58,889 nucleotides of DNA from a virus. Its lineage: Duplodnaviria > Caudoviricetes. Below the pieces are notes generated by a model that saw only the letters and a program-made list of their open reading frames with translations, ran no database searches and was not told the DNA's origin. Shown one piece after another: positions 16,678-26,749 of the stretch; position 1 is the stretch's first letter; every line of letters begins with the position of its first letter. The translations under genes and the position numbers were made by a program. Where the stretch lies: positions 1 to 58,889 of the IMG/VR virus record IMGVR_UViG_3300007735_000764. One strand, 5' to 3'.

Positions 16678-17015
16678 ACGATGACGCAATCAAATTGCGG
16701 GAGGCTCTGTTCGCAGCAGAGCCTTTCCTTACCTACATGCTGGCCGAGGGCGAAGCTCCGAGGAACAACAAGCTCCTGCGCGAAGCATTGACCATGGTCC
16801 GTGGTGCGTTGGACATGGACCCACCCAAGCCAGAACCAAAGGGAAAATATTACGAGGCCGAAGACCTGCTCGATGATCGGATCGTGGTCGTGGGTTACAA
16901 AGAACACGACGATGGGTCGGCGACAGTTGAATTGGATCTCGGCATCGATGCCGCAAAACTGTTGCTACACATAGGTTTTTCGGCACTCATCAAAGGGATG
17001 ACGGAAACAAAATGA
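16674..17015 (+). CDS. Hypothetical protein
   Basis: GTGA coupling; C-terminal EHDDGSATVELDL...LLLHIGF. Confidence 0.7.
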   Translation: MNDDAIKLREALFAAEPFLTYMLAEGEAPRNNKLLREALTMVRGALDMDPPKPEPKGKYYEAEDLLDDRIVVVGYKEHDDGSATVELDLGIDAAKLLLHIGFSALIKGMTETK

Positions 17016-17455
17016 CGATGACAAAGATCCGACGCCAGATGCGAAACATGATTCGCAAGGTTGTCGATAACACAGATCAGTACACAACAGGCCATCCTCT
17101 GAGGATCATGACGGAGTATCAGGATGACCGTGGATCGTGGCTCTATGTCTCATTCGAAGACATGGACGACTGCGCCCTTACCCCCTATTCTTTTACGGCT
17201 TACAGCCGCATCGATGACAGGGGTATGTACCTTGAAGAGATGGACGCAGAGATCTTTGAGAAGGCTTATGCGAGAGCGACAGGTTTCCGCATCGTCCTCA
17301 ACGAAGTTCACGAAGAACCTTCTCCGATACGTAAAAAACAAAACAACACAATCGCCGCCGCTCAAACGTACTGGCAAAAAAGACAAACGCCTGTCCGACT
17401 CAGAGTTATACGTGGATCACGAGATACCGTGGATGTGGATCAAGAAAGGACCTGA
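17012..17455 (+). CDS. Hypothetical protein
   Basis: ATGA coupling; 147 aa in operon. Confidence 0.6.
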   Translation: MTMTKIRRQMRNMIRKVVDNTDQYTTGHPLRIMTEYQDDRGSWLYVSFEDMDDCALTPYSFTAYSRIDDRGMYLEEMDAEIFEKAYARATGFRIVLNEVHEEPSPIRKKQNNTIAAAQTYWQKRQTPVRLRVIRGSRDTVDVDQERT

Positions 17456-17457
17456 CG

Positions 17458-17679
17458 ATGCCGATTGAGAAAGCAACTCTCATTGATACCCTGATCGACG
17501 CTGCGGAGTTTGCGGCCGAGGTCTTGGAAAACTATGCCGATGTCGAGGATGGGGATGACGGAGTCCCCATACCTAACCGCGCTATGCTCGCTTACAGCGA
17601 TCTCGAAAGAGCATTAGAGATCTTCCGCTTCCATCGCAGGGAGGAGGAAGAAAGAACCAAGATGGGGACACGATTCTGA
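17458..17679 (+). CDS. Hypothetical protein
   Basis: AAGGA RBS; YADVEDGDDGVPIPNRAM. Confidence 0.7.
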   Translation: MPIEKATLIDTLIDAAEFAAEVLENYADVEDGDDGVPIPNRAMLAYSDLERALEIFRFHRREEEERTKMGTRF

Positions 17680-17924
17680 TGGGCTGGAATTACAGAGTCA
17701 TGCGACACAAGAGCGCACAGGGACAGGTCTGGTTGGGCATCCACGAGGCCTACTACAACGACGAGGGGGAGGTCACGGCATGGACCGATGAACCCTCTCA
17801 GCCCTGCGGGGAGACGATGGAGGAGCTGAAGAACGATCTGGATCGGATGCTCCGGGCCACCGACTATCCGGTCATTGATGTTCCACACGAGCCGGTTAAA
17901 GATAGGGGCTGCGGCAATGACTAA
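17679..17924 (+). CDS. Conserved WNYRV-family phage protein
   Basis: WNYRVM...IHEAYY...W...P.GET.EELK.DL..M..A...PVI. Confidence 0.8.
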   Translation: MGWNYRVMRHKSAQGQVWLGIHEAYYNDEGEVTAWTDEPSQPCGETMEELKNDLDRMLRATDYPVIDVPHEPVKDRGCGND

Positions 17925-18138
17925 GGAACCCACCCCCATGTCCGATGACTTCGACGACTTCGATGAGGATCCGGTGAAGTGCCGGGAGGCTCAGTTTGCA
18001 GACGCCCTCGTGGACTTGTCCCGAGCCGTCGACCTCTCCCGTAACGACGAGGCCAGAAGCCTTCTGCTCAAGGCCATGGATTCCTTGGTTTACCAACTCA
18101 ACCCGCCACGCGGGGAGCTGAAGCCCGTTAGAAAGTAA
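17917..18138 (+). CDS. Hypothetical acidic protein
   Basis: In-operon ORF; start could be 17917 or 17938. Confidence 0.6.
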   Translation: MTKEPTPMSDDFDDFDEDPVKCREAQFADALVDLSRAVDLSRNDEARSLLLKAMDSLVYQLNPPRGELKPVRK

Positions 18139-18143
18139 ACGCC

Positions 18144-18626
18144 ATGTACACTAGACCGTGGACGGAGGAAGAAAGAGCCGTCCTCCAGAAGAACGCGCTT
18201 GCCGGCATGTCTGCCAACCAGGTCGCCTTCCTTCTGAAACGCAGCAAGGGGTCCGTTCTGGGCTTCGCTCACAGACAGTTTGGAGGGTACGAAATGATCA
18301 GTTCCAAACCCCCCAAGCCCATGAAGGAGCCGAAGCCGAAGGCCCCGCGCAAGGATGGGCTTAGCCCGTCTGGCCGGTCTACCAAGCGCCTGGAACCGGA
18401 GGTCGTCCAAGCCCTGTTCCCAGAGCCGCCGCCGGCACCAGAACAAAAGCCTGTCCGGATGATGGATTCCGGCCGGTTCCAATGTAAGTTCGTCGTCAGC
18501 GATGTGCCGAAGGATCCCAATCCGTGGATGTGCGGGGCGCCGGTCAAAGGAACATCAAGCTGGTGTCCTTACCATCACCGCATCGTCCTCGTCCCGTTCT
18601 CCTCGATGAAGAAGGTTAAGACATGA
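18144..18626 (+). CDS. gcrA: GcrA-like cell-cycle transcription regulator
   Basis: N-terminal WTEEERAVL...GMSANQVA...SKGSVLGFAHR HTH, Pro/Lys linker, C-terminal QCKFVV...MCGAPV...SWCPYHHRI. Confidence 0.88.
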   Translation: MYTRPWTEEERAVLQKNALAGMSANQVAFLLKRSKGSVLGFAHRQFGGYEMISSKPPKPMKEPKPKAPRKDGLSPSGRSTKRLEPEVVQALFPEPPPAPEQKPVRMMDSGRFQCKFVVSDVPKDPNPWMCGAPVKGTSSWCPYHHRIVLVPFSSMKKVKT

Positions 18627-18940
18627 ACGAAGAAGAGATGAACGCCCTGCTCAAAAACTGGGGCGACGAGTTCGAAACAGTCGAGGAGTTCAAGAACGAG
18701 ATCCCGCCCACCTTGCAGGGCGTGCTCGACATTATGCTGGAGGTGGCCGAGAGCCGGGGCTTCTTGGTCCCCGATGTCTTCCGCCAGATCGTGATGTTCC
18801 TATCCTACACCAACTGCCACCTGTGTGCCGATGTCCTGAATCTCGACAAGACCGAGTACCTTCGCATGTGCGAGATCAGCTACGACGCCTTCGTCAATAT
18901 GACCGCAACCCATGAGACAAGTGACAGGAGAGATCACTGA
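18623..18940 (+). CDS. Hypothetical protein
   Basis: ATGA coupling to gcrA. Confidence 0.7.
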   Translation: MNEEEMNALLKNWGDEFETVEEFKNEIPPTLQGVLDIMLEVAESRGFLVPDVFRQIVMFLSYTNCHLCADVLNLDKTEYLRMCEISYDAFVNMTATHETSDRRDH

Positions 18941-19212
18941 TGATCCGGACAAAGCATGTTGACTTTGATACCGAAGAGCTGGTGAAAGATCTGCGTGACA
19001 AGATCCAAAACTATGAGCCCCTCATTAGAAGAAAGCTTGGCCGTCTGAGTGAGGAAGCTTTGATTCGACGGGCATACACAATGCTCACCTGCATTGAGAT
19101 GGCTTCCCGTGATTACGAAGAAGAGATCTACGATCTTGAACGTCGAGCAGAACGATTAGAGGACGAAGTAGAAAACCTTCGTTGGCAATTAGAGGAGAAG
19201 CGCAGTGCCTGA
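18940..19212 (+). CDS. Coiled-coil hypothetical protein
   Basis: TGATG coupling, AGGAG RBS. Confidence 0.7.
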   Translation: MIRTKHVDFDTEELVKDLRDKIQNYEPLIRRKLGRLSEEALIRRAYTMLTCIEMASRDYEEEIYDLERRAERLEDEVENLRWQLEEKRSA

Positions 19213-19645
19213 GATTGAAGACATCCTGAAGGACCGTGGATCAAGGTACGGGGACTACCGGGTTCAAGCCGAGACCGCGCAGCGCATCCGTGACGCCTTC
19301 GAAGATTCTCCCAACTGGGAGATCCTTCCCGGCTACATGAAGGAAGCCCTGAGCCTGATGACGACGAAGTTCTCGCGCATGCTGACGGGCGACATGATGT
19401 ACATGGACAACGTGGTGGACCTGATCGGGTACATGACTCTGATGCAGACGGAGATGGAGAAAGACCATGCGGATTATGAAAAGCATATGGAAGAAGTTCG
19501 CTCGTCCAAGGAAGCGTATCGCGGTCCGCCTCGGGGAGTTGCGTGGGAACAACTGTACCAAGATAGCCCGGACGCATCTGATGCTACCAGGAACACCAGT
19601 CCTCTCAATTGGGCCGGCCCTTTCTGTGATCGCTATCCCGGTTGA
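19205..19645 (+). CDS. DUF6378-like protein
   Basis: IL.DRGSRYGDY...KEAL..M.TK.SR.L.GD....DN..DL.GY. Confidence 0.75.
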   Translation: MPEIEDILKDRGSRYGDYRVQAETAQRIRDAFEDSPNWEILPGYMKEALSLMTTKFSRMLTGDMMYMDNVVDLIGYMTLMQTEMEKDHADYEKHMEEVRSSKEAYRGPPRGVAWEQLYQDSPDASDATRNTSPLNWAGPFCDRYPG

Positions 19646-19691
19646 CAATTAGACTGCACGTTGACAATGTCTCGTAGAAAGTGAGACGAAA

Positions 19692-19937
19692 ATGCCTGAG
19701 ATTATTGAACAAATCAGAAAGGACGTGGGCCTAACGAAGGCTCTGGCAGAGCATCTCTACCAGCTCTTAACGAATGAGTACGTCCAACTGCCGCGCATGG
19801 AAGCGTATCGCTTGCGCCGTTACATGAAACAGCACAACACCATCATCTTCTCTGGTTATGGCAAAGGCTACTACATGATGCCGGAGGACAAGCGGGTGTA
19901 CCAAGATTGGTTTAATCTTCCTCAAACACATCGCTGA
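19692..19937 (+). CDS. Hypothetical protein, possible DNA-binding
   Basis: Preceded by two TTGACA hexamers (19642, 19661); converges on polA. Confidence 0.55.
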   Translation: MPEIIEQIRKDVGLTKALAEHLYQLLTNEYVQLPRMEAYRLRRYMKQHNTIIFSGYGKGYYMMPEDKRVYQDWFNLPQTHR

Positions 19938-21825
19938 TCGATAGCTTAGCTTCGCCCCACGAGGGGCCAAGCTCTGCGTCCACGACCGATGGGATCTCCA
20001 TCTCGACGCAGTTCTCCATGATCTCCACAACCTGACGTGCCTGTTCCGCATCACGAACGGACACGGCTAGTTCGTCGTGGATCTGGACCATGGGCGGTAT
20101 GCCGGCGGCATGCAGCTCCACCATCGCCCGCTTCGTTTGATCGGCCGCGGATCCTTGGATCAGTTTGTTCAGCGCCTTGTAGGTGAAGGCCCGCTTGAGG
20201 GGATGGCCGTACTCACGCAGCGCATCTTCGAAGACCATGGGCTTGTGAACACCGAAGGACTTCGGCTCCCACTTATCAAAGCGTCCTTTACGACCAAGCA
20301 GCGTACGGATGTGACCGTTCTTCTCGGCCCGCTCCATGACGTAGTTCGACATCTCACGGACGAAGGGCACAGCATCGTGATACTGCTTGAACAGCTCCTT
20401 GCCCGACGCCAGGTCCAAGCCAAGCTGCTCGCTCAGTTTGTTGACGCCCATGCCATAGAAGAGTCCAAGGTTGATGGTCTTCGCTTGCTTGCGCGAGACG
20501 CCCACGATGTCGGCCGCGAGCTGGTGGAAGTCCGTCCGCGGATCCTCCCGATACTTCTCCACGAAGGTATCCGCTCCGTTCATGGGGTAGCGGGCTTTGC
20601 CTTCAAGGAAGTTCTTGTGAACGATGGATGCGTAGTGGACCACGATGCGTGGCTCCTGCGACGAGTAGTCGAAGCTGCCCCACACATCGCCCTCCTCGGG
20701 GAGGAACAGGCCACGGATCAAGGGCGAGATGAAATCGTCGCGCGACGGAAGCTGCTGGAGGTTCGGGTTCGAATAGCTGAACCGCCCGGTGATCGTGCCG
20801 CCCTCGTCACCCCGGAGCTGGTGGATGTCCGCGTGGATGCGCCCGTTGTGCGAGTGCCTGGTGATTGAATCAATGAAGGTGGTGCGGGCCTTGTTCAACT
20901 CACGCGCCCGGACGATCTTCTTTGGTAGATCGTGGGCGTGGTTGGCAAGGAAGTTCTTGGTGAAGGACGGCTGGTCGGTGGCAGTGCGGGGATATTCCAG
21001 ACCGGCGGCATCGAACGCCAGGGCGACGGACTTCGCAGCCCAAAGGTTAACGTCCGCCCCGTACTCTTTCTTAATCGCTGAAAGAATCTGCTCTTCTTCT
21101 TTCATGAGAAACTTCTTAACGCCCTCGGCCTTCTCCATATCGACGCGCACACCCTTGGTCCGCATGTCGAGGATAACCCGGAACACCTTGCTCTCCAGTT
21201 CGAAGATCGATGTGAGCTGGTCCTCATGAATGATGCCGCGCAGGTGATGCCAGAGGCGCAGGGTCAGAGCCGCGTCCTGCTCAGCGTACGTTCCGACGAA
21301 GTGCGCCGGCAGCTTGTACATCTCGCTCTTCGGATTGAGGCCCATGCTCTTGGCCGCTTCAGTCAGCGTCCGCTCGCTCTTGGTTTCCTTGAGGTAGTCC
21401 CGGCCAAGCGCATTGAGCGAATAGCTGAAGCGGTTCTCGTCGATCAGCGGCGCCGCGATCATGGTGTCCACGATCTGACCGGCCACTTCGATCCCTTCGC
21501 AGCGCAGCCAGCCAACGTCGTACATCGCATTGTGAAAGACGTAGGTGGTGTCGGGCTGGTTGCAGACATCCTTCAGCCACCGCAAGGTTGCTTTGACATC
21601 GAAGTTCGCACCGTTCTCATGGCGGATCGGGAAGTACCAAGCCTTGCCAGGAATCGCGACGGCCACACCAATGATGTGCCCCTGCCTGGTTGCCCAGCCG
21701 GATCCCGTTTCTTTCAGGTGAGGGTCGTAGGTTTCAAGATCGATTGCTATCTCCGGGATCCCCGTCAGATCCGGGTACTCCTCCGGCATCACCCATTCCG
21801 TCTCGTGCTCGTACTGAAACGACAT
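19912..21825 (-). CDS. polA: DNA polymerase family A (3'-5' exonuclease + polymerase)
   Basis: IAIDLET (ExoI), FHNAMYD, YAEQDA, TGRFSYSNPNLQQLP, DYSSQEPR (motif A), RKQAKTINLGLFYGMG (motif B), QIHDEL (motif C). Confidence 0.97.
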   Translation of the reverse strand: MSFQYEHETEWVMPEEYPDLTGIPEIAIDLETYDPHLKETGSGWATRQGHIIGVAVAIPGKAWYFPIRHENGANFDVKATLRWLKDVCNQPDTTYVFHNAMYDVGWLRCEGIEVAGQIVDTMIAAPLIDENRFSYSLNALGRDYLKETKSERTLTEAAKSMGLNPKSEMYKLPAHFVGTYAEQDAALTLRLWHHLRGIIHEDQLTSIFELESKVFRVILDMRTKGVRVDMEKAEGVKKFLMKEEEQILSAIKKEYGADVNLWAAKSVALAFDAAGLEYPRTATDQPSFTKNFLANHAHDLPKKIVRARELNKARTTFIDSITRHSHNGRIHADIHQLRGDEGGTITGRFSYSNPNLQQLPSRDDFISPLIRGLFLPEEGDVWGSFDYSSQEPRIVVHYASIVHKNFLEGKARYPMNGADTFVEKYREDPRTDFHQLAADIVGVSRKQAKTINLGLFYGMGVNKLSEQLGLDLASGKELFKQYHDAVPFVREMSNYVMERAEKNGHIRTLLGRKGRFDKWEPKSFGVHKPMVFEDALREYGHPLKRAFTYKALNKLIQGSAADQTKRAMVELHAAGIPPMVQIHDELAVSVRDAEQARQVVEIMENCVEMEIPSVVDAELGPSWGEAKLSISDVFEED

Positions 21826-21952
21826 CTGCGGTAATCCTCATAGGCTGATTGCAATTACAGAAAGGCCACTTGTTCTTGACCTTCTGAAGGGTGGTGATTT
21901 CTTCCATGCGGCCGCATAGGCAATAGGCCAACACTTCGCGATTCTTTTTCAT
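21734..21952 (-). CDS. Small zinc-ribbon protein
   Basis: ATGA coupling to the helicase; CLCG...CNCNQPM; 3' end overlaps the polA start. Confidence 0.5.
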   Translation of the reverse strand: MKKNREVLAYCLCGRMEEITTLQKVKNKWPFCNCNQPMRITADVVSVRARDGMGDAGGVPGSDGDPGDSNRS

Positions 21953-23463
21953 GGGATTGGATAACCCTTGCCGCTCATTGGATGGATCAGGTGAAGCTCT
22001 TTCTTCGCCCGAGTCAGCCCCACATAAAAGACGCGGGCTTCGTCGTCCTCAGAGTGTATACCCTTTCGCACCGAGTTTACAGCTTTAGATGGATAATCCG
22101 TCATGAGCATGACATTGGTAGCCTCTGCTCCCTTTGCCGTGTGGATTGTTGAGATCCGAATACGAGGCTTCGCATCAACACGCTCGCCTCGACGGATGCA
22201 CGCCCGGAAGTAACGCTTGTCTTCCTCGGGGATTGCGCCGAGTGCTTCGTCCCATGGAGCCTTGGTCATTAGTCCATGGTCCGAGGTCAGTTGCTCGATG
22301 CTCAAGAGCTGATCGCCTTCAACATTCGGCAGCGTCTTGTGGCCGCGTTTGATCTGCTCGTGAAGATTCATGTGCCGATAGACATGGCGAACATCTGCGG
22401 CTGACAGCAACTCACCGTTGCGCAGTTGCTCCCACATGCGGATTGCGTTGAGTGCTCCACTGTCTACGTCAGAGCTGAGGTTGAACGAGTATAACAAACC
22501 GCGCTGCCGCACTTCTTGTTCGATTTGTTTTGCGCCCCTACGTGTGCGGGACAGCAATAGCCAATCACCATTTTCTAGGTTAACTTCCTCGCTGTGGCGA
22601 TGCCACTCGACTAAACCCTCCTCGTCGCGCGGACGAAACTCTTTCTGCCGGCGATGATGAACCTGGTGGATGAGGCGCTGGCTGATCGCATGATGACTGG
22701 CAGGAATACGAAAGCTCTGTCCCAATATCTCTTGTGTCCCGGCGAGACGAATGAAGTAGTCTACGTCCGCCCCCGCCCATCTATAAATCGCCTGATCATC
22801 GTCTCCTGCCACGATAACCTGTTTGGAAAACTTCGAGATGAGTTCGACCATGCGCCATTGGATTGGCGACAGATCTTGGACCTCATCTACAAACACGACA
22901 TCGAACTGTGGGGAGAGCTGCTGTTCGATGAACATCTCGATCATGTCGGTGAAATCATAAAGGTTATTGGTTTTCTTGAAGAACCGAAGGCCCCGGTCAA
23001 CATAATCGACCTTGGCCCAGTCCGTAGTCATTGGCACGGAGGAGCGGTTGTAGACTTCCCGAAGTGGCAAGAGGCAGATGCGCGACATGTTGATCACCTC
23101 AAGGAAGCGATCACCGAAGCCGTATTCTTGATACGGTCCGTCAGAGGGCGGGGCCAGTTCTTGAAACTGCCCGATGCGGAGCCAGTTCGCGGCCTCTTCG
23201 TAGTGCTTCCACGTCATGACATTCTTTTTGTCAATGCCACAGCGAAGCATTGCGAAACTGTGGAGAGTGCGGAAGTAGGGCAGATCCTTGGGCGACAAGC
23301 GGAAGCGGCGGACCGCGCGACTGATCGCTTCCATTGCAGCTTGCCTGGTGAAACTGAAGTATCCGATACGATCTGGCGGGACACCACGGTCCATGAACTC
23401 CTCGACTAGCGTCAGGAGTTTCGTTGTCTTCCCTGTGCCAGGCGGGCCGAGGATGATGTGCAT
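21949..23463 (-). CDS. UvrD/Rep-like SF1 helicase
   Basis: GPPGTGKTT, FRTLHS, FVDEVQD, GDDDQAIY, QSFR, STIHTAKGAE, YVGLTRAK; start ATG 23463 (TGATG coupling). Confidence 0.93.
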   Translation of the reverse strand: MHIILGPPGTGKTTKLLTLVEEFMDRGVPPDRIGYFSFTRQAAMEAISRAVRRFRLSPKDLPYFRTLHSFAMLRCGIDKKNVMTWKHYEEAANWLRIGQFQELAPPSDGPYQEYGFGDRFLEVINMSRICLLPLREVYNRSSVPMTTDWAKVDYVDRGLRFFKKTNNLYDFTDMIEMFIEQQLSPQFDVVFVDEVQDLSPIQWRMVELISKFSKQVIVAGDDDQAIYRWAGADVDYFIRLAGTQEILGQSFRIPASHHAISQRLIHQVHHRRQKEFRPRDEEGLVEWHRHSEEVNLENGDWLLLSRTRRGAKQIEQEVRQRGLLYSFNLSSDVDSGALNAIRMWEQLRNGELLSAADVRHVYRHMNLHEQIKRGHKTLPNVEGDQLLSIEQLTSDHGLMTKAPWDEALGAIPEEDKRYFRACIRRGERVDAKPRIRISTIHTAKGAEATNVMLMTDYPSKAVNSVRKGIHSEDDEARVFYVGLTRAKKELHLIHPMSGKGYPIP

Positions 23464-24992
23464 CAGAGAATGTCCGCTTCCTCGCTGCGCAGCGGCGGCA
23501 GCTCCATCACCACCTCTTGATGTCCGTCGAATGATTTCTGTGGCATGCCCCACACATGGACACCGCGGCCTTTAATATTCCAAAAGGTTTTCTCTGCGCC
23601 CATCTCTTTTAGGCGGAGGCCAATCTTGACGGCGGTGTATGAGGTGAATTGATATTGAGCCAGATGCTTCTTGAGATCCTTGACTTGAAAGTAGACGCGG
23701 CCGTCGGTCCACACGGCAATGCCTTGCAGGATGTCTTCTCGATCAACACCCTTCGCTCGGTCGCAACAGAAGGTGGTGAGGAGATCAAAGAACTCACCCT
23801 TGCTTGTGGCTTCAGGCGGAACTTCAACAATCGTCAGGCTGGCCAGCATCACTTGGATGCGTGCCTCCCACGCCTTCGCACTCATGGTGCGGGGCATGAC
23901 GTTGATCTGGTTCATGCAGTCACGCTGGAACGCCTTCTGATTAACGAAGGCATCAGTGCCAAGTTCGACACGCTTGCCGTCCACGTCGAGGATCCAGACC
24001 GGAGGATCGCCGTCGATCTTGGTCAGTGAGCCAAGGTCATTGGACCGTTGGCCGGGGCCGATGCCGAACTTGCGCGTGATGCACACGTCCTTGTTGCAGA
24101 AGGACACGATGGGTTGGTCTTCGCACTTGTAGAAGTATTCCTTCTTGCGAAGCTGGCTGATGACGATCTCCACCTCTTTGCTATCGAGCGGCGGCACCAT
24201 GTATTTCATATTGTACTTGTGCAGATCCTCTTCCCACTTGTCGGGGTTGGACATGCGGCAGTAGACGCCAAGGTTGAACAGTGCGTTGTTGCGCGAGCCT
24301 TCACCAAACCCCTGCGCGGCAAGATGCTGCAAGCATGGCGGTCCTTTGGGCAGCAGCTCTTCTGCTTTCTTGGGCTGTGTGCGTAGCTCCAAGAATGTGT
24401 CGGGTGCAATGGTTCGGCTCTCGGCAAACTCGATGAACTCCGCCGGTCCGAGACTTTCGTTCTGGTTGTTGTAGCCGTAACGTGTCGTGCGAGTGCCAGA
24501 GAAGTACGGCATGTTAAGGAAGTTGCCTGTGTCACCACGATCAGCAAGGATCTTCTGCTGCTTCGGGAACACTTCGGATCCACCGTAACCAAGCATTGCA
24601 GCAATGCTGATTAGCTTTGGTTGAAGGTCCTCGGCCGGAACTTCCTTGTCGAAAAAGAAAAACAGGTGAGCGCCGCCGGATTTACTACGGCAGACAATGC
24701 CCGGTAGGTTGTGCTTCTCGACCTGCTTGATTAGTGCAGCGTGGTCAAGATTGTACACATCGATATCGATGGCGCCCCAATGACAGCAGTTGTTGTCCTT
24801 GATTGGGATGATGCCAAGACCCGACTCACCCTTGAGGTGCTTAGACCAAAGGTCCGTGGTCGGAGGTTCACGGAGGACTCGCGCAGTACCGGTTTTCTTT
24901 CCGTCTGTAGCGCGGTCAGCGTTGACGCTGAACGTCCCGTGCGCTCTCTCATTCCCAGCAAACAGCGAATGGAATCGTGCTGCGAGTTCCAT
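23463..24992 (-). CRISPR. Not a CRISPR: see CDS entry for primase-polymerase at the same coordinates
   Basis: Placeholder flagged as unsupported; no repeats-spacers are present here. Confidence 0.
23463..24992 (-). CDS. Primase-polymerase (AEP-type) with PriCT-like domain
   Basis: WGAIDID, RSKSGGAHLF, EVFPKQ, GNFLNMPY, GPPCL, EGSRNNALF. Confidence 0.85.
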   Translation of the reverse strand: MELAARFHSLFAGNERAHGTFSVNADRATDGKKTGTARVLREPPTTDLWSKHLKGESGLGIIPIKDNNCCHWGAIDIDVYNLDHAALIKQVEKHNLPGIVCRSKSGGAHLFFFFDKEVPAEDLQPKLISIAAMLGYGGSEVFPKQQKILADRGDTGNFLNMPYFSGTRTTRYGYNNQNESLGPAEFIEFAESRTIAPDTFLELRTQPKKAEELLPKGPPCLQHLAAQGFGEGSRNNALFNLGVYCRMSNPDKWEEDLHKYNMKYMVPPLDSKEVEIVISQLRKKEYFYKCEDQPIVSFCNKDVCITRKFGIGPGQRSNDLGSLTKIDGDPPVWILDVDGKRVELGTDAFVNQKAFQRDCMNQINVMPRTMSAKAWEARIQVMLASLTIVEVPPEATSKGEFFDLLTTFCCDRAKGVDREDILQGIAVWTDGRVYFQVKDLKKHLAQYQFTSYTAVKIGLRLKEMGAEKTFWNIKGRGVHVWGMPQKSFDGHQEVVMELPPLRSEEADIL

Positions 24993-25048
24993 GGTAAATC
25001 ATTCCGAACAGGTGGGGAAAGGGGAGGCACGAGGCCTCCCCAGTACAA

Positions 25049-25852
25049 TCAGAACGGCGCGTCTTCGTCGCCGCCAGAGGAGCGGCGGGTGTCGTCCGAA
25101 CCCTGCTCTTCCTTCACCTGAACTTCGCCCTTGGCTACCGACTTCGAGAACTCGACAGCAAGGTTGAAGAGGTTCTTGTCTTCGACTGGACCCACGCGTG
25201 AGATCTCCCAGCCGAACCACGAACCCTTGTCGTTACGCTCTTCAGTTGTGCGCAGACGATATACCTGCGACATCATTGGCAACGTGAACAGGTTCCCGTT
25301 CTTTCCGGTAGCTGTCAGCGATTGCATCTGCGTCACCCACTTGCGGGCTTTCTTGAGCTGCGTGCTGGTCATGGTGATCAGGCAACGCTGCGGTCCCATC
25401 GTTGGGTGCATAAGGATCACGAAGAACTGTGCTGTGTTCGACAACAGGTTGCCGTTCGGCAGCACATCGTTACCGCGATCATCACGGTATGTCGTGTTCG
25501 CAATCGGATCCGTAGCAGCATAGCTGCCCACATACCCGCCGCCTTTCTCACGCGGCTTCCACTCAACAAGGCGACGGCTGTAGTAGCACGGAATCACTTG
25601 GATGCCGGCGTCCCCATCGTATGCCTCGTTGGCGACAGTGTTGTAGATGAAGCCGGGTTCGGCTCCCTCAACATACGCACCATCGCGCTTGTTCACCTGC
25701 GGTGAAAGCTGAGCAAGGATGCGGAGGAACGGCACCGACATATCTTCGGTGCCAACTTGCTCCATGCCCATGCCGGCGAACGCTTCGAAGTCAGAGGCAA
25801 TCGCAACAGCGGTGCTCTTCTCTTCCTTTACTGCAACAGCATTCTTAGACAT
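25049..25852 (-). CDS. Single-stranded DNA-binding / annealing-like protein
   Basis: GMEQVGTEDMSVPFLRILAQLSPQV, STQLKKARKW, NDKGSWFGW, acidic tail ending DEDAPF. Confidence 0.7.
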   Translation of the reverse strand: MSKNAVAVKEEKSTAVAIASDFEAFAGMGMEQVGTEDMSVPFLRILAQLSPQVNKRDGAYVEGAEPGFIYNTVANEAYDGDAGIQVIPCYYSRRLVEWKPREKGGGYVGSYAATDPIANTTYRDDRGNDVLPNGNLLSNTAQFFVILMHPTMGPQRCLITMTSTQLKKARKWVTQMQSLTATGKNGNLFTLPMMSQVYRLRTTEERNDKGSWFGWEISRVGPVEDKNLFNLAVEFSKSVAKGEVQVKEEQGSDDTRRSSGGDEDAPF

Positions 25853-25853
25853 C

Positions 25854-26405
25854 TTACTTGCCTTTCTTGATCACGGCTTTTTTGCCGATGAAGATACCGA
25901 ACAGGTCAGACGGGATTTCTGCGCCCTTCTCCACCTGCTCCTTGACGAACGCTTTCAACGTAGACGGATGGACAGACTGCTTGTTCTGTGGCCAGTAGCC
26001 ACGGTTTGTCAGCGCCTCCATTACATCGCGGGCGTGATCGTCTTCGCCCTTGCCGAACTCCAATGACACGACGTTCTTGATCAAGTCATCGAAGTCATGA
26101 TCACGCAACCAATCAAAGGCTTCTTCCTGCTTCTCTTTCGAGATGTGTGCCTGGATGAATTGCGAGACGGTGATCTTAGAACCGTCTTCCATTTTAAGCT
26201 CGGATAGTCCGTGTTCCGCAAGAGCCTCGGGCAAGATCTCCTGAGAAATCTTTGCGAGGTTTTGTTGCGTACGTTTCAGCTCGTCCTCAAGATCCTCGAT
26301 GCGTCTCTCAAGCACGAGCTGCTGGCGGACCAGATCAGCCACAGCCTTCAGGTCCTTGTCGCCTACTTGCGTAAGCTCTATTACGGCGTCTTCGAAATCA
26401 ATCAT
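25854..26405 (-). CDS. Conserved replication-module protein
   Basis: AFDWLRDH...IKN...VHPSTLKAFVKEQ; ATG 26405 with GAGGAG RBS. Confidence 0.8.
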   Translation of the reverse strand: MIDFEDAVIELTQVGDKDLKAVADLVRQQLVLERRIEDLEDELKRTQQNLAKISQEILPEALAEHGLSELKMEDGSKITVSQFIQAHISKEKQEEAFDWLRDHDFDDLIKNVVSLEFGKGEDDHARDVMEALTNRGYWPQNKQSVHPSTLKAFVKEQVEKGAEIPSDLFGIFIGKKAVIKKGK

Positions 26406-26731
26406 GGGAATCTCTCCTCGTTCCACATGTCCAATTGGATCGGCAGGTATCTCTCCTCTAGCCGATCCCACTTTAGCACCCGGAAACGTCCCGAGTTGTA
26501 CTCGGCCGCCCAAGCGCATGCGAGCCCGATGAAAACTGGATCTCCAGCTAACAGCAGGTAGTCTTCGTCGTTGAAACCCTCCAACCCATCTGCAATCATA
26601 TCGCTGACAGCAATCATGTCGCTGCCTTCGAACGCTTGCCGATCTGCGGGAACAAGGATTTCAAGATCTCCGAACGACAAGGCGTTCGACAGATCGCGTC
26701 CTCTAACTTCATGTGTGATGTAAACAGTCAC
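26402..26731 (-). CDS. Conserved hypothetical protein
   Basis: VYITHE...DYLLLAGDP...LKWDR...Y.P; GGGAGAG RBS. Confidence 0.8.
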   Translation of the reverse strand: MTVYITHEVRGRDLSNALSFGDLEILVPADRQAFEGSDMIAVSDMIADGLEGFNDEDYLLLAGDPVFIGLACAWAAEYNSGRFRVLKWDRLEERYLPIQLDMWNEERFP

Positions 26732-26749
26732 GGCTCTCTCCCGTCAGGG

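Noticed and set aside
23463-24992. Any CRISPR feature at the primase locus
   Set aside because: There is no repeat-spacer structure; the region is an ordinary primase-polymerase CDS. The zero-confidence CRISPR-typed entry in the feature list should be ignored.
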